A stretch of 64,000 nucleotides of DNA. Source: a bacterium (GTDB lineage: Bacteria > Fidelibacterota > Fidelibacteria > Fidelibacterales > Fidelibacteraceae). A program made the position numbers and the translations under genes. Within the stretch, counting starts at the first letter, position 1; every line of letters begins with the position of its first letter. The DNA is taken from assembly GCA_963676395.1 (NCBI GenBank), contig OY781066.1, positions 1,952,001 to 2,016,000 on the forward strand. Direction: 5' to 3'. A model generated the notes under the pieces. That model saw only the letters and a list, made by a program, of their open reading frames with translations, ran no database searches and was not told where the DNA came from. Positions 1 through 11,700 of this stretch are shown here, in pieces.

Positions 1-633
1 GAGGGGAACGGGGTACTTGATGAAAATGAGATCATTGATTATGATGGTGTTGTTTTTAGAGGTATTGCCAATTACTCGCTTCATCTTGGTATGCCGATCT
101 ACCAAAAAAACAATTGGGATTTTGGTTTGAGCTTGGGACTGTTATATACCGGATTGATCGAAAGCAACGGTTTTGGTTTAACCTTTGATCTTTATGCCGA
201 ACAAAAAGGCAGTCGAATAAAATCATTGTATTCTATTGAGAATCTTCCTTCAGCCTTAATGGTGTTTTCTGATGGATCAGCTCAGTATTATCCTCCACAA
301 GCAAAAGCTGCGTGGTTATATCCCGTAAATTTAGGTAGTATTACTTTAGAACCCGGTTTATCTGCCGCTTTGGCATTTACGGAAAACATCGATTATTATA
401 TGTTCTCGCTGGGCGATCACATTGCAGTGGATATTCAACCTTTAATGAGAATTAAATACAAGGAAGTCGTGGCTGCCGGTTTGTCATATAAAGCCGGAGA
501 CGGTGTTCACGTTGGCTTGGAATTATTGTTGGAAAAACTCGATATTAACTATTCGTTCAGACCTTCACTTGGAGGCGATCTGGGTAGTTCACATTTGATC
601 TCGCTGAGAATATCTCCAGAGATCTTAAAGTAG
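1..633 (+). CDS. Outer-membrane beta-barrel protein, PorV/PorQ-like (5'-truncated by window edge)
   Basis: Frame 1 is open from base 1 (EGNGVLDENEIIDY...). Alternating hydrophobic beta-strand pattern; the C-terminal INYSFRPSLGGDLGSSHLISLRI resembles the end of PorV/PorQ-family barrels. Confidence 0.55.
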   Translation, partial: EGNGVLDENEIIDYDGVVFRGIANYSLHLGMPIYQKNNWDFGLSLGLLYTGLIESNGFGLTFDLYAEQKGSRIKSLYSIENLPSALMVFSDGSAQYYPPQAKAAWLYPVNLGSITLEPGLSAALAFTENIDYYMFSLGDHIAVDIQPLMRIKYKEVVAAGLSYKAGDGVHVGLELLLEKLDINYSFRPSLGGDLGSSHLISLRISPEILK

Positions 634-646
634 AAGGGAAGTATTT

Positions 647-1849
647 ATGAAGCGTTTGGGATTCATTTTACTCATGATCCTTTTGTTGGTTGGTTGTGGT
701 AATCAAGAATTGACGAATGAACTTGATTATGATGATGTTGTGACTTTTATCATGAGAAATCAAAAGAAAGCAACACCGGAAGTGTATGAAGCATGCGAGC
801 AAGTATTACCACAAGCGATCGAAAGAGCTGCTGTTGAAGATTATCAAAAGGTCATAAAAGTTTACAATTTAAATCCGGATGTGTTTTCAAAAGCAATGAC
901 TTTGGGCTTTTTATCAAGTGTTGAAACAGAAGATCCTATTTTAAAAGATTCAATTTTGGCAGCTGTTGAAAGATCAAGAGAACTGATTAATTCGGAAGCA
1001 TATATGGCTTCAGCTGAACTTTATTATGCCGAAAGGTCTTTAACACCTGAAGAACTAAATGATCGTTTAACGGCATACGAAGCAATGATTTCCGATGGTT
1101 ATGCTCAATTATTGATGGAAAGAAGTGAAAATACCAAAGCACTTGCCGTATATGAAGATATTCTTGTTGAATACAAAGATACCGAGATCTTATTAAATTA
1201 CAGTAAAGCTCTCAATAATATGAACCGTTATGAAGCATCCTTAATGGCAAGTATTGAGGCTTTGAAAATGACACCGGGATCAATGGATGCTAAAGCCGAA
1301 GTAACCAAGACAGCTGAAATGCTGGGTTATTCCAAAGTTGAGATTAATACAATGATCGACGAAACCATGTTTGTCGGAAGAAATTTATTGAGACAAAATC
1401 TTTTGGCTAATCAATTAAATGTACCTATGCCCGAATTTGAGCTTGTTGGTTTGGATGAAAGCGTTCTTTCCAGTAAAGATCTAGAAGGTAAGATCGTTGT
1501 CGTATCCTTCTTTGCCACTTGGTGTCCACCGTGTCGAAAAGAGTTACCTCATTTGAATGAACTGTATCATCAATATATCGAAGATGAAGAAGTAGCGATT
1601 ATCGTATTGTCAACTGATGTAGATAAATATTTGGTATCACCTTTTATTCAAGAAAATGGATTCGATTTTCCGGTTTACTATCACGGTGGAATTAAAAGTG
1701 AATTTGGGGTAAAGGGAATCCCTACGCTTTTTGTTGTGGATGGAGATGGAATGATCCGTTATAAAAAAGTCGGATTTGTCGAAGGTGAAGAATTTGGAAA
1801 GATCATGAGTTGGTATATTGATGAATTAAAAGCTGACGAAAATAGTTAA
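647..1849 (+). CDS. Lipoprotein with TPR-like region and C-terminal TlpA/redoxin thiol-disulfide oxidoreductase domain
   Basis: Lipobox LVGC; FFATWCPPCRKELP active-site motif; GIPTLFVVD cis-Pro loop. Confidence 0.85.
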   Translation: MKRLGFILLMILLLVGCGNQELTNELDYDDVVTFIMRNQKKATPEVYEACEQVLPQAIERAAVEDYQKVIKVYNLNPDVFSKAMTLGFLSSVETEDPILKDSILAAVERSRELINSEAYMASAELYYAERSLTPEELNDRLTAYEAMISDGYAQLLMERSENTKALAVYEDILVEYKDTEILLNYSKALNNMNRYEASLMASIEALKMTPGSMDAKAEVTKTAEMLGYSKVEINTMIDETMFVGRNLLRQNLLANQLNVPMPEFELVGLDESVLSSKDLEGKIVVVSFFATWCPPCRKELPHLNELYHQYIEDEEVAIIVLSTDVDKYLVSPFIQENGFDFPVYYHGGIKSEFGVKGIPTLFVVDGDGMIRYKKVGFVEGEEFGKIMSWYIDELKADENS

Positions 1850-1869
1850 TAATATTATTAAAATATCTT

Positions 1870-1900
1870 ATAAGGAACGGTCTTGACCGTTCCTTATTTT
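1870..1900 (+). terminator. Hairpin/terminator after redoxin gene (member of REP-like family B)
   Basis: ataaggaacggtc-tt-gaccgttccttat followed by a T run. Confidence 0.7.
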
Positions 1901-1914
1901 ATTTAGGTAAAAAA

Positions 1915-1945
1915 CATTAGCCTTGAGCTAAACCCAAGGCTGATG
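1915..1945. repeat. REP-like palindrome family A, copy 1
   Basis: cattagccttgagctaaacccaaggctgatg; related copies at 3732, 8640, 23543 and 37827. Confidence 0.7.
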
Positions 1946-1992
1946 ATATATTCTGTTTGATTTTGAATGAGAATTTTCAATGTTTAAACGGC

Positions 1993-2208
1993 TTAACCCC
2001 CGACAAAAAGATCAAAGATATTACCTAACATGCTAGTATTAGCTTTATATAACTCCGAATAACGGCATTTTTCGCATGAAACAACCGTAAACTTTTTATT
2101 TTGGACATCCAATAGTTTACTCAGACCACCTCCGGTGGTTCTAATCTCATCGAGTTCGTATTGACGACTTCCGCATTTGGGACAAACATAATTCAATTGT
2201 TTTGGCAT
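1993..2208 (-). CDS. Small zinc-ribbon protein (DUF2082-like)
   Basis: CPKC...CEKC with KLLDVQNKKF and YSELY motifs; RBS ggag upstream. Confidence 0.8.
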   Translation of the reverse strand: MPKQLNYVCPKCGSRQYELDEIRTTGGGLSKLLDVQNKKFTVVSCEKCRYSELYKANTSMLGNIFDLFVGG

Positions 2209-2296
2209 TTTAAATCTCCATTTTTGTTAATGAGTAGAAGAATTTAATTCCTATCCTGCAAAAAAGTTACTAATTTTTTTAAAAGGAGATATTAAT

Positions 2297-2821
2297 ATGA
2301 AAAGAAAAATTATTGATATTCATGATTTGGAGCTGAAACCGGGGAATGTCTGGGAAAATGATTGGTTCCTTTTGACTGCCGGTGATTATAATAGTGGACA
2401 ATATAATACCATGACGGTTGCTTGGGGTTCTTTGGGTACTATGTGGAGCAAGCCTTTTGCCCAAGTAGTTGTAAGGCCCTCCCGATATACTCTTTCGTTT
2501 ATGGATCGTTTTGATACCTTTACCTTATCTCGATTTCCAAAAGAGTATAAAAAAGCCTTGGGCTTTTTGGGAAGTAAGTCCGGAAGAGATATCCCAGATA
2601 AACATTTGCAAGCAGGTTTAACCCCTATTGAAGTGCCGGGTGTTGTTGCCCCTGCATTTGATGAAGCTGATCTTATCATTGCATGCAAAAAGATCTATTG
2701 GCAGGATATGGAAGAAAAAAATTTTCTTGATGAAAGTATTATGTCCAAATATCCCGGTGAAACAGATTTTCATCGTATTTATTTTGGGGAAATATTGCAT
2801 GTGGAAGTAAGTAGTAAGTAG
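2297..2821 (+). CDS. Flavin reductase-like family protein
   Basis: NTMTVAWGSLG, VRPSRYT, GSKSGRD and HRIYFGEI motifs; RBS aaggag. Confidence 0.88.
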   Translation: MKRKIIDIHDLELKPGNVWENDWFLLTAGDYNSGQYNTMTVAWGSLGTMWSKPFAQVVVRPSRYTLSFMDRFDTFTLSRFPKEYKKALGFLGSKSGRDIPDKHLQAGLTPIEVPGVVAPAFDEADLIIACKKIYWQDMEEKNFLDESIMSKYPGETDFHRIYFGEILHVEVSSK

Positions 2822-3080
2822 TGAGTAGTTGGCGGTAGATTGTCATGAGTAAGTTTAAGCATTAGGAAGTATAAGGTGAGACACACACACCTTTTGTTTG
2901 AATGACGAATATTGGTTAACGAATGAAGCTTTAAGATATTTAAATTTAATTAGTCTATATCTTGTACCGTAAATCTTATACCATTATACCTTGCACACCT
3001 AAACCTATAATTTCAATTACGCCTTTTATTTTTTATCTTGTCAAAGTAAATTACATGCAATACTAAACTAAGGGTAATTC

Positions 3081-3680
3081 ATGTTCATTACATTCGAAGG
3101 AATAGACGGCTCAGGTAAAAGTGAACAAGCAAAACGTTGCGTAGAATACTTATCTAAAGACAATGATGTGTTTCATTGTTTTGATCCCGGACACACCGTG
3201 ATTGGGAATGCGGTAAGATCGGTTCTTTTGAATAAAAAACATATGGAAATGGATGCGATTACAGAGCTATTGTTGTATGCAGCTGCTCGTTCTCAATTGG
3301 TATCTGAAGTGATTGAACCCCAATTAAAATCCGGTAGTATCGTTGTATCTGATCGATTTTACGATTCTACCTCAGCATATCAAGGGTATGGACGCGAACT
3401 ACCTTTAAAGCTGGTAAATACCTTAAATATGATCGGCGCTCATGATCATAAACCGGATATTTGTTTTATTATTGATACTGATATTGATGTATGTGCTCAA
3501 CGTATTGGTAAAGCCGACCGCATGGAAGGTGAAGGTCGTGAATTTTGGGTGAAAGTTCGAGATGGCTACAGAACGCTTGCTGAAAATGAGCCTGAACGTT
3601 GTAAATTGATCGATGGAAATAGAACAATTCTTGAAATACATGAAGAGATTATCGGGATTGTTAATGATAGACTCAAATAA
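3081..3680 (+). CDS. tmk: Thymidylate (dTMP) kinase
   Basis: FITFEGIDGSGKS P-loop; DRFYDSTSAYQG. Confidence 0.96.
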   Translation: MFITFEGIDGSGKSEQAKRCVEYLSKDNDVFHCFDPGHTVIGNAVRSVLLNKKHMEMDAITELLLYAAARSQLVSEVIEPQLKSGSIVVSDRFYDSTSAYQGYGRELPLKLVNTLNMIGAHDHKPDICFIIDTDIDVCAQRIGKADRMEGEGREFWVKVRDGYRTLAENEPERCKLIDGNRTILEIHEEIIGIVNDRLK

Positions 3681-3731
3681 TCCGGCATTATCGCCAGACC
3701 AAATGCATTTATTAACTATTCATTGAAAAAT

Positions 3732-3767
3732 ATCAATAACCTCAGATTTAAATCCAAGGTTATTGAT
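3732..3767. repeat. REP-like palindrome family A, copy 2
   Basis: atcaataacctcagatttaaatccaaggttattgat, followed by the same tatattctg tail as copy 1. Confidence 0.7.
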
Positions 3768-3916
3768 TTATATTCTGACTTCTGACTTCTGATAATATAA
3801 ATTTACTCTTTGATTGCATGCCCCCTCTCGGTAAATTTATAAAAATATTGAATTATTTTGAAACATCCGCGCTACTGATTTGTTTTAGTATTAATTTTAT
3901 TAACAATAGGCCTCCA

Positions 3917-6900
3917 ATGAAACGATTAATTAAAATAGCAATAATACTATTTTTCCTCTCAACGCTGCTCTTTGCACAGTTTGGGCAAAACAAGGTTCAA
4001 TATGATGTGTTTAACTGGAATTATATTCAAAGTAAACACTTTAATATTTATTTTAACGGTGATAATAAAGCCGTATCGGATTACTGTGCGAAAACTGCGG
4101 AAGCCGCCTATGAATCGATTTCAACCCTTTTAGACTGGGATCTTAAAAAACGCTATGCTATTATAGTATACGATTCACATAATGATTTTCAACAAACCAA
4201 TACCACTAATTCCTATATGCCGGAAGGTGTAGGCGGTTTTACCGAATTATTTAAGAACCGTGTTGTTGTCCCTTACGAGGGATCATATCAAGCTTTCAGA
4301 CATGTAATTCATCATGAGTTGATCCATGCATTTATGAATGACCTCTATTATAGCGGTAGTATACAGTCCTTGATCTCAGGTGCCGTAAAATTGAATATTC
4401 CTCTGTGGCTAGCAGAGGGTTCGGCTGAATATGAATCGTCTCGCTGGGATACCGAAGCAGATATGTTTATGCGAGATTTTGCATATAATTCTCAGTTTGA
4501 AGCATATCCTTTAGAAGCTTTAACCGGTTACTATGCTTATAAAGGTGGCCAAAGTATCTTTAAATTTGTTCGTGAAACTTATGGTTATCAAAAATTGACC
4601 GAATTTTATACTAAGATGAAGATATATCTTGATGTTAATAAGGCCATACGGTTTACTTTTAATATGTCTAAAGAAGAATTTACCGAAGAATGGCATCATT
4701 ATCTTAAAAAGATATATTGGCCGGATATTAGTATGACGGAGGATGTTAAGGATATTTCCGTTCGCTTGACCGACCATAAAAAGATGCGCAATTATCAAAA
4801 TATTGCTCCGGCTATTTCTCCTTCAGGAGATAAGATTGCTTTTTTGAGTGATAAAAAAGGCTATGCCGATATTTATTTAATGAATGTTCAGGATGGTAAA
4901 CATATTCGGCGTTTGGTTCGTGGTCAGCGGAAAGCAAGTTTGGAAGAGCTCAAGTGGTTATCACCCGGTATTTCTTGGTCTGCCGATTCTAAGCATATTG
5001 TTTTTGCCGCAAAAAGCGGACAGTATGATGCCCTTGTGGTTGTAGATGTAGAAAATGGTAAGCAGGAATTTTATCCTATGCCACAGTTGCAAGGTGTGTT
5101 TTCGGCAGCTTTTCATCCCTATGATAATTCTTTGATCGCTTTTACCGGTCACAATGGTTCACAAAGTGATATTTATATGTATGATCTTGATGATAAGGTA
5201 TTGGTGAATTTAACCAATGATCCTGAAGGGGACAGTAATCCCCAATGGTGTTATTCCGGAGAAAATATCATCTATGTCAGTGAGAGGGATAAAAGTAAAG
5301 CCTTTCGCGATCCGCGCCACCCTTATCAAACGGATATTTATCAGGTTAGTATTAAAAATAAGGACAAACTTGCTTTAACTGAAAGTGACGCAAGTGAAGA
5401 TTACCCTTACTCCGATCCTAAAGGGCGAGGATTGATCTATACTTCCGATGAAAATGGTATTTTTAATATTTATATCAAGAAAAATGATGAAAGTGCATAT
5501 CCTATTACCAACGTGGTTGGTGGTATATTTCATTTGAATCTTGATCAAACAGGCGAAAATCTGATTTTTTGCGCCTTTAAAGATTACGGCTGGGATATTT
5601 TTAGGATGAATGATCCTTTCGAAATGGATAAGAAGGATCTTGCTTTAACACGTTATGCAAAAGAAAGTATGGCTACACCTTTTGATCTGACCGAAGATGT
5701 TTTGAAAAAGGAACGAAAAACACGTCCGGATGATAAAATAAAAAAAGATAAGCGCCGTGTTGTTCGAGGAAACGATAATGTTCAAAGAGTTTCAGATTAC
5801 AAGAATTATGTATTTGTTCCGACCTATGCTTACGGAGAAACATCGCTTGATTCACAAGTTGTTGCTTTAGATTCTACCGAGATCATCAATGAAGAGGGTG
5901 ATTATATCGATAAGCCCTATAAGACAAGGTTCTCGCTTGACCTGGTAGATAGTCAATTTGGTTATTCTACTTTTTATGGTATGCAGGGGCAGGCAACATT
6001 CATGTTTTCTGATGTCATGGGAGATCATCAGGTCTATATCGGAACGGATCTTTATATTGATCTCCAAAACTCAGATTATGCTCTAGCATATTATTATCGT
6101 AAGTATCGTCCAAATTTCGGTTTTGTGCTCCAAAATCAATCCGATAATTATATTACTTACATTTCCGGCGAAGTATCCGAAACAAATCCCTATGGTTATT
6201 TTGTTACCCGCTATACCAATAGAAGTCTGCATTTTATTGCCGATTATCCCATCAATAAGCATTTGCGTTTCGAATTGAATAATTCCTATTACTATGTGCG
6301 TCGTGATCTTCTGGATAAAGATCAGAGCATTGCGGCCCAATATGATGCCGATATTCATGAATATCGTGCTGAATTGGCTTTGGTAAAAGATAATACGGTA
6401 TTTTCTTATACAGCTCCTATGGATGGATCACGATATAGATTAAGTCTTGAAATGTCGCCCAAGATCACACCTGAAACACCGGAATTCTATTCAGCAAAAC
6501 TGGATTACAGGCAGTATCTTAAATTAAATGATAATTATCATCTAGCCTTTCGTTTTAACGGTGGTGCCTCATTTGGTCCCAATCCTCAAACTTTCTTATT
6601 AGGTGGCATTGATAACTGGATCAACTATTATTACAATGCCGATGCACCTATTTTTGGCAATAGCGGAGAAAGTTTTTCAGAACAACTGAGTATGTATTAT
6701 TTAAGTGAGTATATCATGCCGGTACGCGGGGCGGCAATGTTCCAGACCTGGGGTGATAAGTTCATACTTATGAATGCCGAGTTAAGATTTCCTTTTATTG
6801 AATATGCAAAACTGGGTTTACCCCCGATACAGTTTTTCCAGGTACGCGGCGTACTCTTTGCCGATGCCGGATTTGCCTGGACAGATGAGCTTAATTTAGT

Positions 6901-7075
6901 CAAGAACAATGGCTGGTTCATCGGAAACGAATGGGATGATCTCATTGGTTCCGTTGGCATGGGTGTTCGCGTTTATCTTGGTTTTGCTCTCTTGCGTATT
7001 GATTGTGCCTGGGAATATAATGGCGAGGAATTCTCTAGTCCACGGTGGTTGTGGTCATTGGGTGGGGATCTGTAA
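3917..7075 (+). CDS. Omp85/BamA-TamA-type outer-membrane protein with N-terminal zinc-peptidase (MA-like) domain and PD40/TolB-like propeller
   Basis: Signal peptide MKRLIKIAIILFF (ATG 3917 preferred over 3818); FGQNKVQY; HELIH...WLAEGSAEY; PAISPSGDKIAF repeats; C-terminal barrel with NAELRFP and LRIDCAW. Confidence 0.85.
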   Translation: MKRLIKIAIILFFLSTLLFAQFGQNKVQYDVFNWNYIQSKHFNIYFNGDNKAVSDYCAKTAEAAYESISTLLDWDLKKRYAIIVYDSHNDFQQTNTTNSYMPEGVGGFTELFKNRVVVPYEGSYQAFRHVIHHELIHAFMNDLYYSGSIQSLISGAVKLNIPLWLAEGSAEYESSRWDTEADMFMRDFAYNSQFEAYPLEALTGYYAYKGGQSIFKFVRETYGYQKLTEFYTKMKIYLDVNKAIRFTFNMSKEEFTEEWHHYLKKIYWPDISMTEDVKDISVRLTDHKKMRNYQNIAPAISPSGDKIAFLSDKKGYADIYLMNVQDGKHIRRLVRGQRKASLEELKWLSPGISWSADSKHIVFAAKSGQYDALVVVDVENGKQEFYPMPQLQGVFSAAFHPYDNSLIAFTGHNGSQSDIYMYDLDDKVLVNLTNDPEGDSNPQWCYSGENIIYVSERDKSKAFRDPRHPYQTDIYQVSIKNKDKLALTESDASEDYPYSDPKGRGLIYTSDENGIFNIYIKKNDESAYPITNVVGGIFHLNLDQTGENLIFCAFKDYGWDIFRMNDPFEMDKKDLALTRYAKESMATPFDLTEDVLKKERKTRPDDKIKKDKRRVVRGNDNVQRVSDYKNYVFVPTYAYGETSLDSQVVALDSTEIINEEGDYIDKPYKTRFSLDLVDSQFGYSTFYGMQGQATFMFSDVMGDHQVYIGTDLYIDLQNSDYALAYYYRKYRPNFGFVLQNQSDNYITYISGEVSETNPYGYFVTRYTNRSLHFIADYPINKHLRFELNNSYYYVRRDLLDKDQSIAAQYDADIHEYRAELALVKDNTVFSYTAPMDGSRYRLSLEMSPKITPETPEFYSAKLDYRQYLKLNDNYHLAFRFNGGASFGPNPQTFLLGGIDNWINYYYNADAPIFGNSGESFSEQLSMYYLSEYIMPVRGAAMFQTWGDKFILMNAELRFPFIEYAKLGLPPIQFFQVRGVLFADAGFAWTDELNLVKNNGWFIGNEWDDLIGSVGMGVRVYLGFALLRIDCAWEYNGEEFSSPRWLWSLGGDL

Positions 7076-7287
7076 GAATTTTTAAAATTGAAAATGAGAA
7101 TCTGGAATCAATAATGTTCGTGCGCCATCCTGAATGATCTCTGTGGAAATTGATAGAGACAGTCACATTGACCGACGCATAGTGGCACGCGCGCCAAAGC
7201 TTTAGTATAGGTGTGAGAGATCTATTAATTTCTAGACACTATTATGCATCTATGATATGGACGAATCGTGCCATAATTTACCCAAAC

Positions 7288-7311
7288 AAAAAAGGACTAC
7301 GAAAGTAGTCC
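7288..7311 (-). terminator. Rho-independent terminator of tgt
   Basis: Minus strand reads ggactac-tttc-gtagtcc-tttttt. Confidence 0.7.
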
Positions 7312-7410
7312 AATATATTTTTTACAATTCAATATGTAAATCGCTTAAAGCACATCCTATCACAAAATCTTCAAGCATACGAGAACTCTGATAATGGCAT
7401 TCGTCGATAA

Positions 7411-8674
<1,264 letters not shown>

Positions 8675-8795
8675 GAATACTTTAAAATTGCCGTTTAGCT
8701 TCTGTCATATTTATTGTTTTAATCTAAAAAATAGGATAAATTAGGAACATCACCTGTTTGCATAGGTAAAATCTCTATTATCAGAGGATCTGAAA

Positions 8796-11700
8796 GTGAA
8801 AAAAACCATATTACTACTTCTGTTTTCGTTTGTGAGCATTAATGTTTTTGCTGCTTCGGCTATTAGTGATCTTAATTTTACTAATGGACATATTCTTGAT
8901 TTTAAGATCAAGACCGGTGAGCTAAGAATGCATAGTGAGTTTATTGCAGATACTTTGCATGAACGATATTCTTTACCCTTGGCAAATTTTACTCGCACAG
9001 AAGGCGAGCATTTATATGATGTTTTTCGTTATCCCATTGCCATTTCCGGATCCTTACCAAAGGTGAACGTTAATGTAAGTAAAACTGTACCAGCAGCACA
9101 TAAAATTAAAAACACTAAGTTGTATTCTATCTCTGAACCGCAGCGATATAGGGATCAGGATTTTGTTATTCTGAGTATCAATCCCTTTCTTGCAAATAAC
9201 ATGATCGCGGCGGAGTTGTGGGTGCAAGTCGATCTCGGAAAGACTGTTTCGGCAAGAATGCCTGAGAAATTTGATAGAATATTCCTAAATAGTGAATATG
9301 CCGCCGGATTGAAAGCTAGTAAAATAAAACCAGTCTCACTTAAAAAAAATAGTCCGGGTTTTAATGGTAATTGGCTGGATGTTACGGTGGATGAAGAGGG
9401 TATATTTGTTCTAGAAAAATCAGAGCTATTAGAAAAAGGTATCAGCGGGTCTATCAATGATGATCAAGTATATCTTTATGCAGGACCAGGATTTGGTTCC
9501 CATTTACGTGATGAGTTCCCCGATTCGAGTGACTTTCACTTAAAACAGGTACCGCTTCTATATTTACAAGGGAATTCGGATAATGAAGATCAATGGGTCT
9601 TCTATGCCAGTAAACCTTCAGCTTGGGAAAGGCAGGTTGAGGTCGAAGATATTCGCTATCACGAGTTTAAAACTGTTCCCTATGGTGAACAGCAACATTT
9701 TAGGCTATTTGTTGGATCGACAACAGAAGCTCCATTACGCATGCAACAGTCGACCCCTGTATTCGATGGCAGTGAACAAGTTGTAGATTATTTTTATCAA
9801 CGATACCATTACGAAAATGAATTGATCAATCCGGGTAAAGGTGGAGAGTTGTGGTTGGGAGAAAAGCTGAGATCAAATAGTACTTTCCCATTTTACTTAA
9901 ATAATTTGTATACCGAAACAACTTTACCTGCCTATATTCGCTTGGCTGTTGGACAGGTGTCAAAGGGTACCACTCGTTTTGATGTTTACGCCGGATCATC
10001 CAAACTTGGTATTTTTAGCGATACTATTGGGTCTGATTCCGATGATTTGGATAAAAAGAGTCAGATCGTTACAAATCGACAGTATAGATTTAATAACACC
10101 ATACTAAGTCCATTAACCGATGTAAAAATCCAAACTCAGGCATCTTCGAGTACCGCTGATAGCTATCTGGATTATATTGACATCATATATCCTGCACAAC
10201 CTATAGCTATTGATAGTACCCTGAATATGTGGTTTAAAGAGCATCCGCTTGATAGAAAGATCAGCGTCAGTGGTCTTGTTCCTACACTTAGTTATGTGTT
10301 TTCTGTGGATGATCCTTTTAGCACGAACTATTATCCTGTTAGTGGCTCAACGGCAGATATTTTAATCCCTTCATCAATATTGACCACGAGTATCATGGTC
10401 GTAAATGAAAGTCACTTTAAATCTCCCTTATCAGTCTCGCTTTTACCGGATTTTACTCCTACTTTGGCGGAAGACCATAGTCAACAGACTGATTTGTTGA
10501 TTATAACACCGGAAGTGTTCAAATCGGAAGCCGAACGATTAGCTACCTTTAAAGAAAATAGAAATATTTCACCCTTAACGACTCAAGTGAAAACATATTC
10601 CGAGATAATAAACCAGTTTAATGCCGGAAATAATGATCCCTATGCTATTTGGCATTATTTGTCAGATATGTATATGATGGCACCTGACCCCAAACCACAG
10701 TATGTACTTTTATTGGGTGATGGTCACTTTGATTATCAAAACAAGCTTTATTCGATACAAAATTTTATACCTTTTTTATATGAGCCCAATGCTTTGTGGC
10801 CTTGTGATGATATTTTTGTGATGGTGAATTCTCGTGAGGATAAAACCAATGATATGGCAATTGGCCGCATCCCGGCAAATTCAATTAATGAAGTAAAGTA
10901 CGCCATTGACAAGATCATTCATTATGATAGTCGTATAGAACGAGGTGAATGGCAATTAAATTCTTTACTGGTAGCTGATGATCCTTCCGATCCGCCTCAA
11001 GGTGGACGTTTTTTTGATCAAACTGAGTTTATCCAAGATTCGGAAGATCTTTATAATGATTTTTTACCAAAAGCTATGCAGGCCAAAAAAGTCTATTTAA
11101 CGGAATATCCCGAGAGATATATTACCGAGTTACAAACCACCGGCCGTGATGGCGCCCGTGAAGATATTATGGAAGCCTTTTTAAATGGAGTTTCGTTTGT
11201 GAATTACTATGGGCATGGTGATCCTTCCGTATGGTCACAGGAAAAAGTATTTATCAAGAATGATTTGATCCGTATGAAAGTGAATAAAAAATATCCATTC
11301 GTTTTGGCGGCAACCTGTTCTTGGGGACGGTCGGATAATCCGGATTTTCAAAGCATGGCTGAAGAATTGGTGACTATGGAAGAAAACGGAGCTATTGCTA
11401 CGCTTGCCGCTGTTCGTGGCGTGTTTCATCCTAATAATGTGAAATTCGTACAAGATTTTGCAACCGGCTTATTTATTGGAGCTCCGGAATTTTCTAATAC
11501 TCCTTTAATGGGTGATGCTGTTTTATATTCTAAGATCTCGTCTTCCGGCACGGTAGTATTACCGTCTAAAGAAAGCAATAACTTAATGTTTATGTATTTT
11601 GGTGATCCAAGTATAATTCCTGCATTTCCTCAATATATTGGGGAGATAGATTCTATTAGTCGTGATACATTAAGAGCTCTTGATCAAGTTTTGGTTGAAG

